Positions 19,271 through 28,447 of a stretch of DNA of 64,000 bases are shown here, one piece after another. Source of the stretch: a virus (lineage: Duplodnaviria > Caudoviricetes). The notes under the pieces were generated by a model. That model made no database searches. It was not told the origin of the DNA and worked only from the letters and a program-made list of their open reading frames with translations. The translations under genes were made by a program, and so were the position numbers. Within the stretch, counting starts at the first letter, position 1. Each line of letters opens with the position of its first letter. The stretch lies in the IMG/VR virus record IMGVR_UViG_2627853746_000004, positions 1 through 64,000 of that record; one strand, 5' to 3'.

Positions 19271-20446
19271 ATGAAAGATAATGATAAATATTTCGAAGAC
19301 AGTCTCGCTTCTCAGGGAACAAGTTTTTATCTGAGGGATGAATCAGATCATGCCTGGACAGTTATGGAACTTGTATTTGAAAAGATGAAATTGCGAGGAT
19401 GGTTCATTCAGACTGATCAACGCATTTTAAGGGATTACACTTGTTTGGCAAAAGACCACTTTGAGGGGCAGAAGGGTGACCTGAAGTTTAAGGCTGAGAA
19501 ATACCGTATCGGATTCAAAATTGAATTTTTCCAAGAAATAAACACCGTCAATAGCAGTGGCGGATTCTATGACTTCGATAAATTAAAGCTCATGCCATAC
19601 TTGCTTCGGTTGTCATTTCTTACTGAATTAAAACACATCAAAGAAACGTGCAAGGCAGAAGGGTATACGGATCAATCCAAGCCGGTTATAGCCAAGGCTT
19701 TCGATAAGGTGATGGACCATATTAAAAGCTCTTGCCATTACAAAGAAGGCAAAGAATTACCGGAGTACGAAGTGCCGAGCTATAACAGCAAGGATAAGGA
19801 CGGCAAACGCATCCGAAACGGAGAAGTCAAGTATTTCAGAGATCATAAAGGGTGTCTGCAGCGTGGCACAGTTTACCACAATATCAACAACATGTGGTGG
19901 GTCATACTGCATGAACATAAATACAGAAATATTGCGAGTTTTGAGTTTTTTGATTTAGACAGTGATGATAACCGGAAACGAAAGCTAATTAAGAAGTCTG
20001 GTCATCACAAACCAGCAGCGCGAATTAAATTCAACGAAAGCGTGACAATGCAGATCGGCAAGGAATGTAAAAGTGCTGGCAAAGAAGGTCGCCTATTAAA
20101 AGCTAATGAAATGCTGGCGAAGCTCTATAAATTCGATTGGACTTCAAGATACTTCGCATTTGAATTAAAGGTTAACGGTCGGTTGTCGCTCGTAGAAATC
20201 GAAAGTAAAGCATGGGGAAGCCATACCGTGCATGAGAATCCGATTAAGCTGAGCTTGTATGGACGTGAACTACCGATGTCAGGGACAGAAAGCTACTGGG
20301 TGAAAGCTCTCAGGGAATATGTGGTCCATGGCAAACGAACGATTACAGAATGGTTTTGCAAGGATAGCAACGGGCAGGGACCGGACGCTCATTACTGGCC
20401 GGAAGTGCGGAAGTTAGCCTGGGAGATAGGTGCATTAGCATCTTAA
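19271..20446 (+). CDS. Hypothetical phage protein
   Basis: 391-aa ORF with RBS; no recognised domain. Confidence 0.75.
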   Translation: MKDNDKYFEDSLASQGTSFYLRDESDHAWTVMELVFEKMKLRGWFIQTDQRILRDYTCLAKDHFEGQKGDLKFKAEKYRIGFKIEFFQEINTVNSSGGFYDFDKLKLMPYLLRLSFLTELKHIKETCKAEGYTDQSKPVIAKAFDKVMDHIKSSCHYKEGKELPEYEVPSYNSKDKDGKRIRNGEVKYFRDHKGCLQRGTVYHNINNMWWVILHEHKYRNIASFEFFDLDSDDNRKRKLIKKSGHHKPAARIKFNESVTMQIGKECKSAGKEGRLLKANEMLAKLYKFDWTSRYFAFELKVNGRLSLVEIESKAWGSHTVHENPIKLSLYGRELPMSGTESYWVKALREYVVHGKRTITEWFCKDSNGQGPDAHYWPEVRKLAWEIGALAS

Positions 20447-20489
20447 TTTACCGAAGGGATTGAGGGTTAACCACCCTCTCCCCCTATAC

Positions 20490-20516
20490 AAAAAAATAAG
20501 CACACAAGGTGCTTAT
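20490..20516 (-). terminator. Minus-strand terminator for the small peptide gene
   Basis: ATAAGCAC-ACAAG-GTGCTTAT preceded by an A-run on the plus strand. Confidence 0.6.
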
Positions 20517-20533
20517 ATATAAGTGCATTTCTA

Positions 20534-20617
20534 TTAACCTTTCTTATTAATTTTTTCAATAAGAGAAATTACAACAGTAATTAAAGCAAGAACGAACAGC
20601 CCAGTAGGTATATCCAT
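20534..20617 (-). CDS. 27-aa membrane peptide, type I toxin-like
   Basis: AGGAGGTG RBS; MDIPTGLFVLALITVVISLIEKINKKG; not in the ORF track. Confidence 0.6.
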   Translation of the reverse strand: MDIPTGLFVLALITVVISLIEKINKKG

Positions 20618-20710
20618 TTAAACACCTCCTAACGTATCCCCTTTTCTAATGGTTGGCATTTTTTGCGTGAATTAAACCCTTATCTACAAAAAAATTAGGA
20701 GTTGTTTTTT

Positions 20711-21181
20711 ATGAAGGCAATAACCATCATACAGCCCTATGCGACACTGATCGCGGTCGGGGAGAAACGGCTTGAAACACGCAGCTGGCCGACCAAGCAC
20801 CGGGGCGAGATCGCTATCCATGCCGGGAAGAAGATTGACAAGGATGCCTGCCAGCTGCCGGAGATTAAGGCAGCACTGGACCGACACGGACTTACCGCTG
20901 ACTACCTCCCTACTGGCGCAGTGGTGGCATTAAGCTATTTGCTGGAATGCTGGAAGTGGGATGAGGCGGACGGTGTGCTTCTTCGGCACAAGCCTATTAT
21001 TGAGTACGAAACTATTGGCAAGGTGTCGAACTGTTTGGAAATCAGTGACAAGGAAAAGGCGTTCGGCTGGTACGGGTCCGGCCGCTATGCTTGGCAACTT
21101 GATAACGCCCGAATGTTGCCGGAGCCAATCCCGGCCAAGGGTCAACTTAGTTTCTGGAACTGGGAAGGATTATCTGTTTGA
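20711..21181 (+). CDS. ASCH-domain protein
   Basis: MKAITIIQPYATLIAVGEKRLETRSW..HRG..AIHAG; PIPAKGQLSFW. Confidence 0.9.
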   Translation: MKAITIIQPYATLIAVGEKRLETRSWPTKHRGEIAIHAGKKIDKDACQLPEIKAALDRHGLTADYLPTGAVVALSYLLECWKWDEADGVLLRHKPIIEYETIGKVSNCLEISDKEKAFGWYGSGRYAWQLDNARMLPEPIPAKGQLSFWNWEGLSV

Positions 21182-21447
21182 GAACAGCAGAAGAAACGCT
21201 CGAATTGCTGTTGCAGGGGATGGATAAGAGGCGGCAGTACTTACGCCGGAAGCTCCGGAGGATTGAGGGGCACGGTACGCAGCCCCGGCGCGGGGGCGGG
21301 AGCGATCTGAACCGGCTCAAATACTCTGGGCGCGCCGGCATGTTATCGGAGCACGCAACCATCCATTGCATGTTAGAGGATATACGCAACGGCCGCCAGC
21401 ACCCGGACAATTTGTATAACGAGGAGGACGACACGGACGATGATTGA
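21178..21447 (+). CDS. Hypothetical protein
   Basis: Overlapping early-gene chain. Confidence 0.55.
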   Translation: MRTAEETLELLLQGMDKRRQYLRRKLRRIEGHGTQPRRGGGSDLNRLKYSGRAGMLSEHATIHCMLEDIRNGRQHPDNLYNEEDDTDDD

Positions 21448-21748
21448 TTCCCTGAAGGCTGAAAAAATCAAGGAACGCCTCACAGATCGGCAAGCCAGAC
21501 GCGGGTACCTTGAGCAAGAAGAAATGGAACTTATGGAGGCTTTGGCTGATCTGAATGTTGCCCGTGTAGTGCTAGAAGTGAAAGATGACACTATTAAGTT
21601 TCTGGAAGAGTGTTTAGCAGAGGCACAACAGACCATAGCCCGGCTTACCGCCGCATTAATCGCTGAAAGAGACGATGCCCTCATATGGGACGGTATAGGC
21701 ACGGTAAATCGGATCAATAAGGTGCTGGAAGGGGAGACACAGCCATGA
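21440..21748 (+). CDS. Hypothetical coiled-coil protein
   Basis: GAGGAGG RBS; overlapping chain. Confidence 0.6.
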   Translation: MIDSLKAEKIKERLTDRQARRGYLEQEEMELMEALADLNVARVVLEVKDDTIKFLEECLAEAQQTIARLTAALIAERDDALIWDGIGTVNRINKVLEGETQP

Positions 21749-21882
21749 CACAGGAAGTCGAGAAATGCGAACGGTGCGGGTGCAATTATCTCAAAAAGGA
21801 TGACAGCGATGTATGCGGTGTTTGCCTTGTTGAACTTGAATTTGAGGATGAACTTGAGGAAGAGGACGGTGCACAGCCATGA
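21745..21882 (+). CDS. 45-aa Zn-finger-like peptide
   Basis: MTQEVEKCERCG...CGVC with acidic tail; ATGA overlaps; not in the ORF track. Confidence 0.55.
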   Translation: MTQEVEKCERCGCNYLKKDDSDVCGVCLVELEFEDELEEEDGAQP

Positions 21883-21954
21883 CACAGGTACAGACAACAA
21901 GTTGCCCCCGAGAGAGGGCAGAGGCGGCATATATCACGCTACAGGGGGCGCAGA

Positions 21955-22290
21955 ATGAGCGAAATAACCGTTAACTACGTCACACAAAGATCGCACTGCA
22001 CATGCTGCGAACAGAGGTTACCACAGCTTAAAACTAGCAAGGTCAAGCAGTTCACAATTAAACCAGAAGATGTGACAGATTGGGCGGAATACGAATATTG
22101 GGAGAGTTCATATGTCGGACCTGAAGAATTTGCTGAAATGGTCAGAGAATTCACGAATGAAATTATCCAATTCCACGCCGCTGATATGTTTGACCTTGTT
22201 GTCATTGAAAAAACGGAACTGGATAGAATGAATGAGTTTATTGTGCGAGAAGTTTTGCATCAGGCCGAAGGCCATCGTCCGACAGCATAA
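21955..22290 (+). CDS. Hypothetical protein
   Basis: ORF with a CTCC motif. Confidence 0.6.
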   Translation: MSEITVNYVTQRSHCTCCEQRLPQLKTSKVKQFTIKPEDVTDWAEYEYWESSYVGPEEFAEMVREFTNEIIQFHAADMFDLVVIEKTELDRMNEFIVREVLHQAEGHRPTA

Positions 22291-22371
22291 ACCCAGGCGA
22301 ACGCCGGGGGCCGAACCAGATCATTAAGGGAGTAGGAGTAACCCTCCTCTCCCACTAAGGGAGGAACAACG

Positions 22372-22584
22372 TTGAAACTTAAATACGAATGCCCACGCTG
22401 CAAGGTTAAATCGTATTCAAAGTATTGGAACGCCGAGACAATGAAGAAGTACGGAACGTACTCGGATGAAATTTGCGAAATCCAATTGCGAGAAAATAAG
22501 TCATTCCACATTTGCCCGGAGTGCAAAGCTGAATCTGAAATGTTTAAAGGTGAGTTGATTAAGGTAGGGGAGGAAGCCCAATGA
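22372..22584 (+). CDS. Zn-ribbon protein
   Basis: CPRC...CPEC; strong RBS. Confidence 0.65.
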   Translation: MKLKYECPRCKVKSYSKYWNAETMKKYGTYSDEICEIQLRENKSFHICPECKAESEMFKGELIKVGEEAQ

Positions 22585-23072
22585 CACAAAGGGACTGGAA
22601 AAAGGATGAAGCACTCTTACAACTCTGCCAAAGAACAGCAGCAGATGAAAATGAAAAGCACGCTCTAAGTATTGGTTTGCACTGGCTCCAAGAAGCCAAG
22701 ACACTCCAGGAGATCGCTTCAGGCCGCGGCAGAGAAGCCCTGAGACTTAGCAAATTGCTGGGCGATCTCAACAATGAACTGACAGCATCGGAAGAACGTG
22801 CAGACGCAGCGGAGATTAACCGGGACAAAGCCTATAACATGATTGGTCACAAAGCCCAAGAGATTGCAGAGTTACGTACAGCACTAGGAGAGGCGGAGGC
22901 CCGGGAACAACGGCTGAAAGAGGCTGTAGAGACGATCAAAGAATTATCGAAGTGGGACGGTATCTCTCAATATCTGGATCGCTGCTATATCGAAGCACGT
23001 GACGTTCTTGCCACTCTATACCCAGATATCCCAGCACAACCAGCAGCACCCAAGGGGGGTGGACATGATTAA
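22581..23072 (+). CDS. Hypothetical coiled-coil protein
   Basis: ATGA overlap; RBS. Confidence 0.6.
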   Translation: MTQRDWKKDEALLQLCQRTAADENEKHALSIGLHWLQEAKTLQEIASGRGREALRLSKLLGDLNNELTASEERADAAEINRDKAYNMIGHKAQEIAELRTALGEAEAREQRLKEAVETIKELSKWDGISQYLDRCYIEARDVLATLYPDIPAQPAAPKGGGHD

Positions 23073-23228
23073 ACGGTTCATCCGCCGGCAGATCATCCGA
23101 TATATCCGCAGGCACTTCGGGTCATTTGAACAGGATTCAATCCATGTAGTGATTATGAGCAAGCAGGGATACTGGTTCTTTCGGAACAATGTAAATCAAT
23201 ATTTGAAGGTTGAGGAAGGAGATAACCA

Positions 23229-23603
23229 ATGACACTCACAAGGGAAGAGATACTAAGCCGGTCTCCGGGTAGAGAAATGGATCGGTGGATACAGGAGCAC
23301 GTTTTCAAAGTTGATTTATCGGGGTTCCACTGGGCACGTGTTGGCAATAGTATGTTCAAAAATACGGATGGTGCTGTAACTTGGGTTGACATTCCTGACT
23401 ACTCTTCGGACATATCCGCAGCATGGGAAGTGGCTGACAAGTTGAAGATTTCAATAATACCACAGTCTTTATCTGCGCCGGATAATTTAAAATATCTAGC
23501 ACGAGCAGAATGGGACTTTAGACAAAATGAAATTGATGTATTTGCTGCAACGGCCCCGGAAGCCATCAGCAAGGTCGCTCTATTGATGGTATTGAAACTT
23601 TAA
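23229..23603 (+). CDS. Phage ABA-sandwich-like protein
   Basis: GREMDRWI...PDYSSDISAAWEV...TAPEAISKVAL. Confidence 0.75.
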   Translation: MTLTREEILSRSPGREMDRWIQEHVFKVDLSGFHWARVGNSMFKNTDGAVTWVDIPDYSSDISAAWEVADKLKISIIPQSLSAPDNLKYLARAEWDFRQNEIDVFAATAPEAISKVALLMVLKL

Positions 23604-23893
23604 CGGCCGTCAGGCCTCCGTAGCGACCGAATCAGCTTAGCGAAGCGGAGGCCGTATATGGTCTGGTACTTAACTTATAAGGGGGCAGAGACACATTCAC
23701 ATTCAATTCATAGCAGAGATGCCGGATGGTGAAAAAATAAAAGGGATGATACTCGTTCTCACGACTTCAGAAGATGCACTGCGAAATGAGAAGTGCAAGG
23801 CGGCAGTACAGACACTGTATCCAGGCGCTAAGGTACTTGGGTGGATCGAAGTAATAGTTTAGGGGGCATAGACCCCAAAGGGAGAGGATACAC

Positions 23894-24265
23894 GTGAGAG
23901 AAAGTAAGTTCCGCGGTAAGCATGATGGAGAGTGGGTATACGGGAATTTAGTGAAAACACCATACGGACTGTACATTATTCCACAAAATCTGATTTCAAA
24001 TAGCTTACCGCAGTTTTCAATTGATCCGAAAACAGTGGGTCAATTCATCGGATTTACAGACAAGAATGGACGAGAGATTTACGGCCGCGATTTGGTAGAA
24101 GACGAAAACGGAATCGGGGAAGTTGAATGGGTGCAGGAACACTGCTCTTACCTGGTGTTCACTCGCAACCCTAGCCAATACCATAGACTTGAATCAGATG
24201 GACAACTGAGCCGAACAGCGGTAATTGGGAATGCGATAGATAATCCAGAACTACTAGAGGTATAA
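23894..24265 (+). CDS. YopX-family protein
   Basis: MRESKFRGK..GEWVYG...TVGQFIGFTDKNGREIY...VIGNAIDNPELL. Confidence 0.88.
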   Translation: MRESKFRGKHDGEWVYGNLVKTPYGLYIIPQNLISNSLPQFSIDPKTVGQFIGFTDKNGREIYGRDLVEDENGIGEVEWVQEHCSYLVFTRNPSQYHRLESDGQLSRTAVIGNAIDNPELLEV

Positions 24266-24473
24266 GGGGGAGAAGAGGATATGAGCCGCAACCCTGAGAT
24301 TGTCTACGAAATCAGCGACATTCTACAATGCTGTGCGGGCTGCCCGCAGCGTGTGGCGCTTATGAGAGAGTTTGGCAGCACGTTTTCACGGATTGATGGT
24401 TACTGTAACCGTGAATGTCCAGTAGGCGGGCTGCTGCAAATGCGAGGTAAAGAGTTAGAAAGGGGCGGGCGCG

Positions 24474-25121
24474 GTGAAGCGAATCATCTATGTAGCCGGA
24501 GTGAACCGGAAGCATCTGGCAGAACAAGCAAGCAGCGTCCCTTACTGGCTCCTGAGTGCTACGCTGCTGCGGAAGTACCCATCATGGCTTGAACCATACC
24601 TGAGATTCAGAACTGTAATTTGGGACCCTGGGACGTTCACAGAGGATTGTATCAGTTACCAAGGTTACCGAGCATTCATTGACCGCCATGTGAAATCCAG
24701 GCACCAATACATGCAGTATGACGAGATTGGTAACCCAGCGGCTACAGAGTGGTACCTGAAGGACATGCGGAGCCGTGGATATCGACCATTACCCATTCTG
24801 CAGCCAGGCGGCGATGAAAAGATGCTTCACACGGAGCCCTTACTCTTTATCGGCGGACTGGTCCCGATGAACGAACTTAGCCGCACGCAGTACCTGGACG
24901 GCCTGCTGAGTGGAAGCGTGAGAGCAAAGTTACACTTACTGGGAATGATGCGGCATGAATGGTTTTCACCATATTCAGCAGCAGTGCAGGGCGATAACAC
25001 TAGTTGGATACCTCGCAGCGAATGGAACCGGCGCAAGACTCCGGCAGAGTGGATGCTTGAATACGGCGAGCAGTGGGTACCACACCAGCCGAACAAGACA
25101 GTGCAATTATCACTATTTTAG
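24474..25121 (+). CDS. Divergent TGT/DpdA-like base-exchange protein with C-terminal QLSLF
   Basis: WDPGTF, YDEIGN, PLPILQ, FIGGLV, KLHLLG and GDNTSW parallel the DSGAF / DVIG / PVFH / GGLV / H.FG / DSSSW series. Confidence 0.55.
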   Translation: MKRIIYVAGVNRKHLAEQASSVPYWLLSATLLRKYPSWLEPYLRFRTVIWDPGTFTEDCISYQGYRAFIDRHVKSRHQYMQYDEIGNPAATEWYLKDMRSRGYRPLPILQPGGDEKMLHTEPLLFIGGLVPMNELSRTQYLDGLLSGSVRAKLHLLGMMRHEWFSPYSAAVQGDNTSWIPRSEWNRRKTPAEWMLEYGEQWVPHQPNKTVQLSLF

Positions 25122-25451
25122 GAGGATCACAATGAAACTGCTGACTGACCTATACCCTATGGAATCCCTGCAATACAAAATCATTTATATGGCACTTTGC
25201 ATCATGGCGCTTGAGATTGAAAAAGATGGGGAACAGGCCGGAATGGCTGCGGCTTGGGGAGTTACGGAACAAGAGATAGCGCACGAACTGGAAGAACTGT
25301 ACACCAATAACCCAGACCCAGATCGAGAAGAAGAGGATGATTTGTAAAGGCCGGAGGCCATCGAAACTCGACCGAATAACCCAGCGCAGCGGGGGCCGGG
25401 TGAAGGTTTAATAGCCATCTGGCTCCCCATAAAGAAAGGAACAACAAACCT

Positions 25452-25805
25452 ATGACAAATGAAGAAGCAATCCACGCAATCAAGTGCAACTATCCACATG
25501 AGCGTTATACGATGCTGCGGGAAGCATTGGACATAGCAATGGCGCTGCTGGCTGCTGAATCCAAACCAATGATTCCATGGATCAAGTATGACGAATACGA
25601 CAGGGGCATCGAAAGCCATGTAACGCATTTGGTTGTCGGTGAAACCGGACCACAACTTGCGCAGCATGCTAAATTAATCGACAGACGCGGTTATGGCTGG
25701 CACAGATTTGGCGGTAACCGAATATACGGCGTTACACATTGGACGCCTATCAACCTACCAGGAGAGGAAACAGGCAATGCCTACACCAATCCTCCCTCCA
25801 CTTAA
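25452..25805 (+). CDS. Hypothetical protein with DUF551-like C-terminus
   Basis: GVTHWTPINLP. Confidence 0.55.
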   Translation: MTNEEAIHAIKCNYPHERYTMLREALDIAMALLAAESKPMIPWIKYDEYDRGIESHVTHLVVGETGPQLAQHAKLIDRRGYGWHRFGGNRIYGVTHWTPINLPGEETGNAYTNPPST

Positions 25806-26127
25806 ACCCATCCCTAACTATCCGGGATACAGCGTAAGCCGGGACGGAGTGGTGTACAGCAGTCGGAACAGCCGGGACGGGACGCCGAAACTAATCAAAG
25901 TGAATTCCCGGGGAAAGGTGAACCTGAACGGGCTAGGCTGGCAGAAGGTCCGAGATCCTATGGAGGTAGCCAGAGAAGTATGGAAAATCAAAGATGAACC
26001 GGCAGAAATCAAAGTGAAGAAACCTAAGTATAGACGTATAAGGGTAGCAGCTCTGATCATGGAGGAAAAGGAAGGCATTTCAACCAAACTGATTATCGGC
26101 GGAAAAATATACGTATTGCAGACTTAA
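25777..26127 (+). CDS. NUMOD4-like protein
   Basis: KPIPNYPGYSVSRDGVVYS; no HNH motif seen. Confidence 0.6.
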   Translation: MPTPILPPLKPIPNYPGYSVSRDGVVYSSRNSRDGTPKLIKVNSRGKVNLNGLGWQKVRDPMEVAREVWKIKDEPAEIKVKKPKYRRIRVAALIMEEKEGISTKLIIGGKIYVLQT

Positions 26128-26329
26128 TTAAACTCCCAGGAGGAAAACAATGCTAAAAGATAATCTTGCAGGGATAGATGATTACGACCTGATTGACAAA
26201 GACCCAGAGGAATGCAGACGCCGGGGCATGGAAGCCTACGGTATAACTGAAGCCCAATTATCCGTAGTAACTACGCATGAAATCCACTCTATACTAATCG
26301 TAAATATGTAAGACAAACGCAAGGAGGTT

Positions 26330-26989
26330 ATGCCGATGATAGAGTTAATACCTGCACCGAATAAAGACTTCACTCCAAGGAATGATCTGGCAGATATAAC
26401 GAGAGCATATCAGGTTCAGTTCTTCACCAACGCCGACCAAGAAGACATACGTAAAGCACTCTGGCTGTTAAGCAGTTACCGGACCATCAAGGGGCTGGTG
26501 GACAGTTATGAATTTGTCCTTAAGCAGCCGCAGGAAAACGGATTAAATGATTTTGATATGGCCGGAGTTGAGGGGGCTGTAAAACGTCTCAGCACAAGCG
26601 ACCACGTATCCAATTTACCGGCTAACGTACTCATAGCTAAAGAGACACGCCATCTTAACTACATGCTATATAAACGAGTTACAGAAGCTGTAATGCACGC
26701 AGCAAATAACATCATTGATCCTCATGAGTACAAGATCGTAGAATTACTGTTCACCGGCGAAAGGAAATTTAGATACAAGGATGCCGTAGAGTATATGAGG
26801 CATGAAAGGAAGAAAGGAATATACAGCATCGAGGCCACCACGTTCGCTGAGAAGCGCCGAAAGGTCATTGCTTCCCTTGCTAACACGTTGTTGTTTAACG
26901 GTACGCTGGATTATGTAACGATCGATTACGGGCGGGGACGGAACAAAGAAGGTGAAATTGGATTAAGACAACTCAACCGCGAAGGGTAG
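26330..26989 (+). CDS. ArpU/RinA-like late transcriptional regulator
   Basis: Last early gene; C-terminal helical segment TTFAEKRRKVIASLA; positional inference. Confidence 0.6.
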   Translation: MPMIELIPAPNKDFTPRNDLADITRAYQVQFFTNADQEDIRKALWLLSSYRTIKGLVDSYEFVLKQPQENGLNDFDMAGVEGAVKRLSTSDHVSNLPANVLIAKETRHLNYMLYKRVTEAVMHAANNIIDPHEYKIVELLFTGERKFRYKDAVEYMRHERKKGIYSIEATTFAEKRRKVIASLANTLLFNGTLDYVTIDYGRGRNKEGEIGLRQLNREG

Positions 26990-27072
26990 ATACCTGGAGC
27001 GGTATTTTTTTGCCCATTAACATAATAAGGCGTTATTTCCGTAGCGTAGCAGCACAACACCCCAAATATAAT

Positions 27073-27247
27073 AAAGATACCGAGGCGAGAGCTTCCGTAC
27101 TACTCCATATCTGGTTGCGGCAATCTGTGACGGGCATATCACACCGCAGCTCATACCTTCCACCTCCTGGGCAACCGTGATCTCAGCGGCTAAAGATATG
27201 GATCGAGAGCGCAACCCCAGCCGCGTAAGTGAGAGCTGGGTATCTTT
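27073..27247 (+). ncRNA. Putative structured ncRNA or late-leader RNA
   Basis: Nested helices, three GNRA tetraloops, TATAAT at 27067. Confidence 0.55.
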
Positions 27248-27248
27248 T

Positions 27249-27276
27249 GAAGGAAATGCTAAATAAAGTGTCGAAT
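27249..27276 (+). promoter_or_regulatory. Sigma-H-like promoter
   Basis: GAAGGAAAT...GTCGAAT (AGGA-N15-GTCGAA). Confidence 0.65.
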
Positions 27277-27308
27277 CTCCTGAAAGAACATTTTTAGGGG
27301 GATGAAGA

Positions 27309-28052
27309 ATGACGGAAGAAACAGAGGGAAAGAAAAAGAAAAGCGAGAGGGTTTCATTCTGGCCGATGATTGTATTTGTGGTACTTGTACTAGGATTATG
27401 GATAGGTAATATGTTCGGGGGATTATACGGGTTTAAACCAGATGAGAAGCTGGGAGTCTGGGGAGATCGAGGCACATTCGGAGATATGTTTGGCGCTGTG
27501 AACGCCCTGTTCTCGGGGCTTGCATTTGCCGGACTCATATTTACAATAATCCTTCAACGAAAAGACCTAAAGCTTCAGTTTGGTGAGTTGGCAAGACAAG
27601 CCGATGAAGCAGAAAAGATGGCTGCACAACTTGAAATACAACAGCAATTGACAAGTTATCAGTTAGCACAAAGCACAGTGAATGATTTAATAAGAGTTAA
27701 AAATATTACAATTGATCAATTTGAATATAGATGGAGAGCTACTGATACAAATCGTAAAGGTGATGGAATGATTGCACTTGAGGGGTTAGCGAAACAAGAA
27801 CCGCAGATTATAAAGAATGAAACTAATAATAATCAAATCTTATCGCAGTATTGCAGCGTGTTATATTACATACTGGAATATTTAATAGATTCTAATCTAA
27901 ACGAGCAGCAAAAGAAGGTACTAGCAAAAACACTGCAACTACAACTTACAAGATATGAATTGAAAATAATGCAAATATATGCAGAAAAAGATATGGATAG
28001 ATTAAAACTTTGGGATTTCTTTAATAAAGCAACAGTAAAATTCAATAATTGA
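27309..28052 (+). CDS. Membrane protein, putative abortive-infection (putAbiC-like) family
   Basis: Two TM segments; RGTFGDMFGAVNALFSGLAFAGLIFTIILQRKDL. Confidence 0.65.
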   Translation: MTEETEGKKKKSERVSFWPMIVFVVLVLGLWIGNMFGGLYGFKPDEKLGVWGDRGTFGDMFGAVNALFSGLAFAGLIFTIILQRKDLKLQFGELARQADEAEKMAAQLEIQQQLTSYQLAQSTVNDLIRVKNITIDQFEYRWRATDTNRKGDGMIALEGLAKQEPQIIKNETNNNQILSQYCSVLYYILEYLIDSNLNEQQKKVLAKTLQLQLTRYELKIMQIYAEKDMDRLKLWDFFNKATVKFNN

Positions 28053-28107
28053 TCAAGAGAAGAACCGACCTGATTTTAGCCGGTTTTTTTATTGAGGAGG
28101 TGAAAAC

Positions 28108-28335
28108 ATGAGCAATTCTAATTTTACTGAAGTATTACAAATAGGCATTCCTTATTCGGGTGAGTCATTACAAAAGTTCTCAGATGAAAAGAATATTCCT
28201 ATTTCTATTTCTATCAATGGTTATGCATCGTTAAAGGCCGGAGAAACTTATAGGGTTACGGCGATACACCGTAACGATCAAACTATTACAGGCTATCTCG
28301 TTGAGCGGGTAAACAAGAGCTTCACAATAACATAG
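28108..28335 (+). CDS. Hypothetical protein
   Basis: GAGGAGGTGA RBS. Confidence 0.65.
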   Translation: MSNSNFTEVLQIGIPYSGESLQKFSDEKNIPISISINGYASLKAGETYRVTAIHRNDQTITGYLVERVNKSFTIT

Positions 28336-28398
28336 GCACTCTTATAGAAAATTCCACTTACGTCTGGGAGTCGCTGAAAGCGGCTCTTTTACATTTAG

Positions 28399-28424
28399 GA
28401 GGGTTTATCTTCCATATGTCGAAT
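28399..28424 (+). promoter_or_regulatory. Sigma-H-like promoter
   Basis: GAGGGTTT...GTCGAAT (AGGG-N14-GTCGAA). Confidence 0.5.
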
Positions 28425-28447
28425 TATGGATATGGGAGGTGAAAAAG

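Larger units (their letters stand above)
22263..25398 (+). repeat. Three copies of a ~50-nt GGCC/GNA-loop hairpin element
   Basis: Copies at 22263-22313, 23605-23654 and 25349-25398. Confidence 0.65.

Noticed and set aside
27017-27538. 173-aa minus-strand ORF
   Set aside because: Antisense to the Abi-like gene and the structured RNA; no recognisable protein features.
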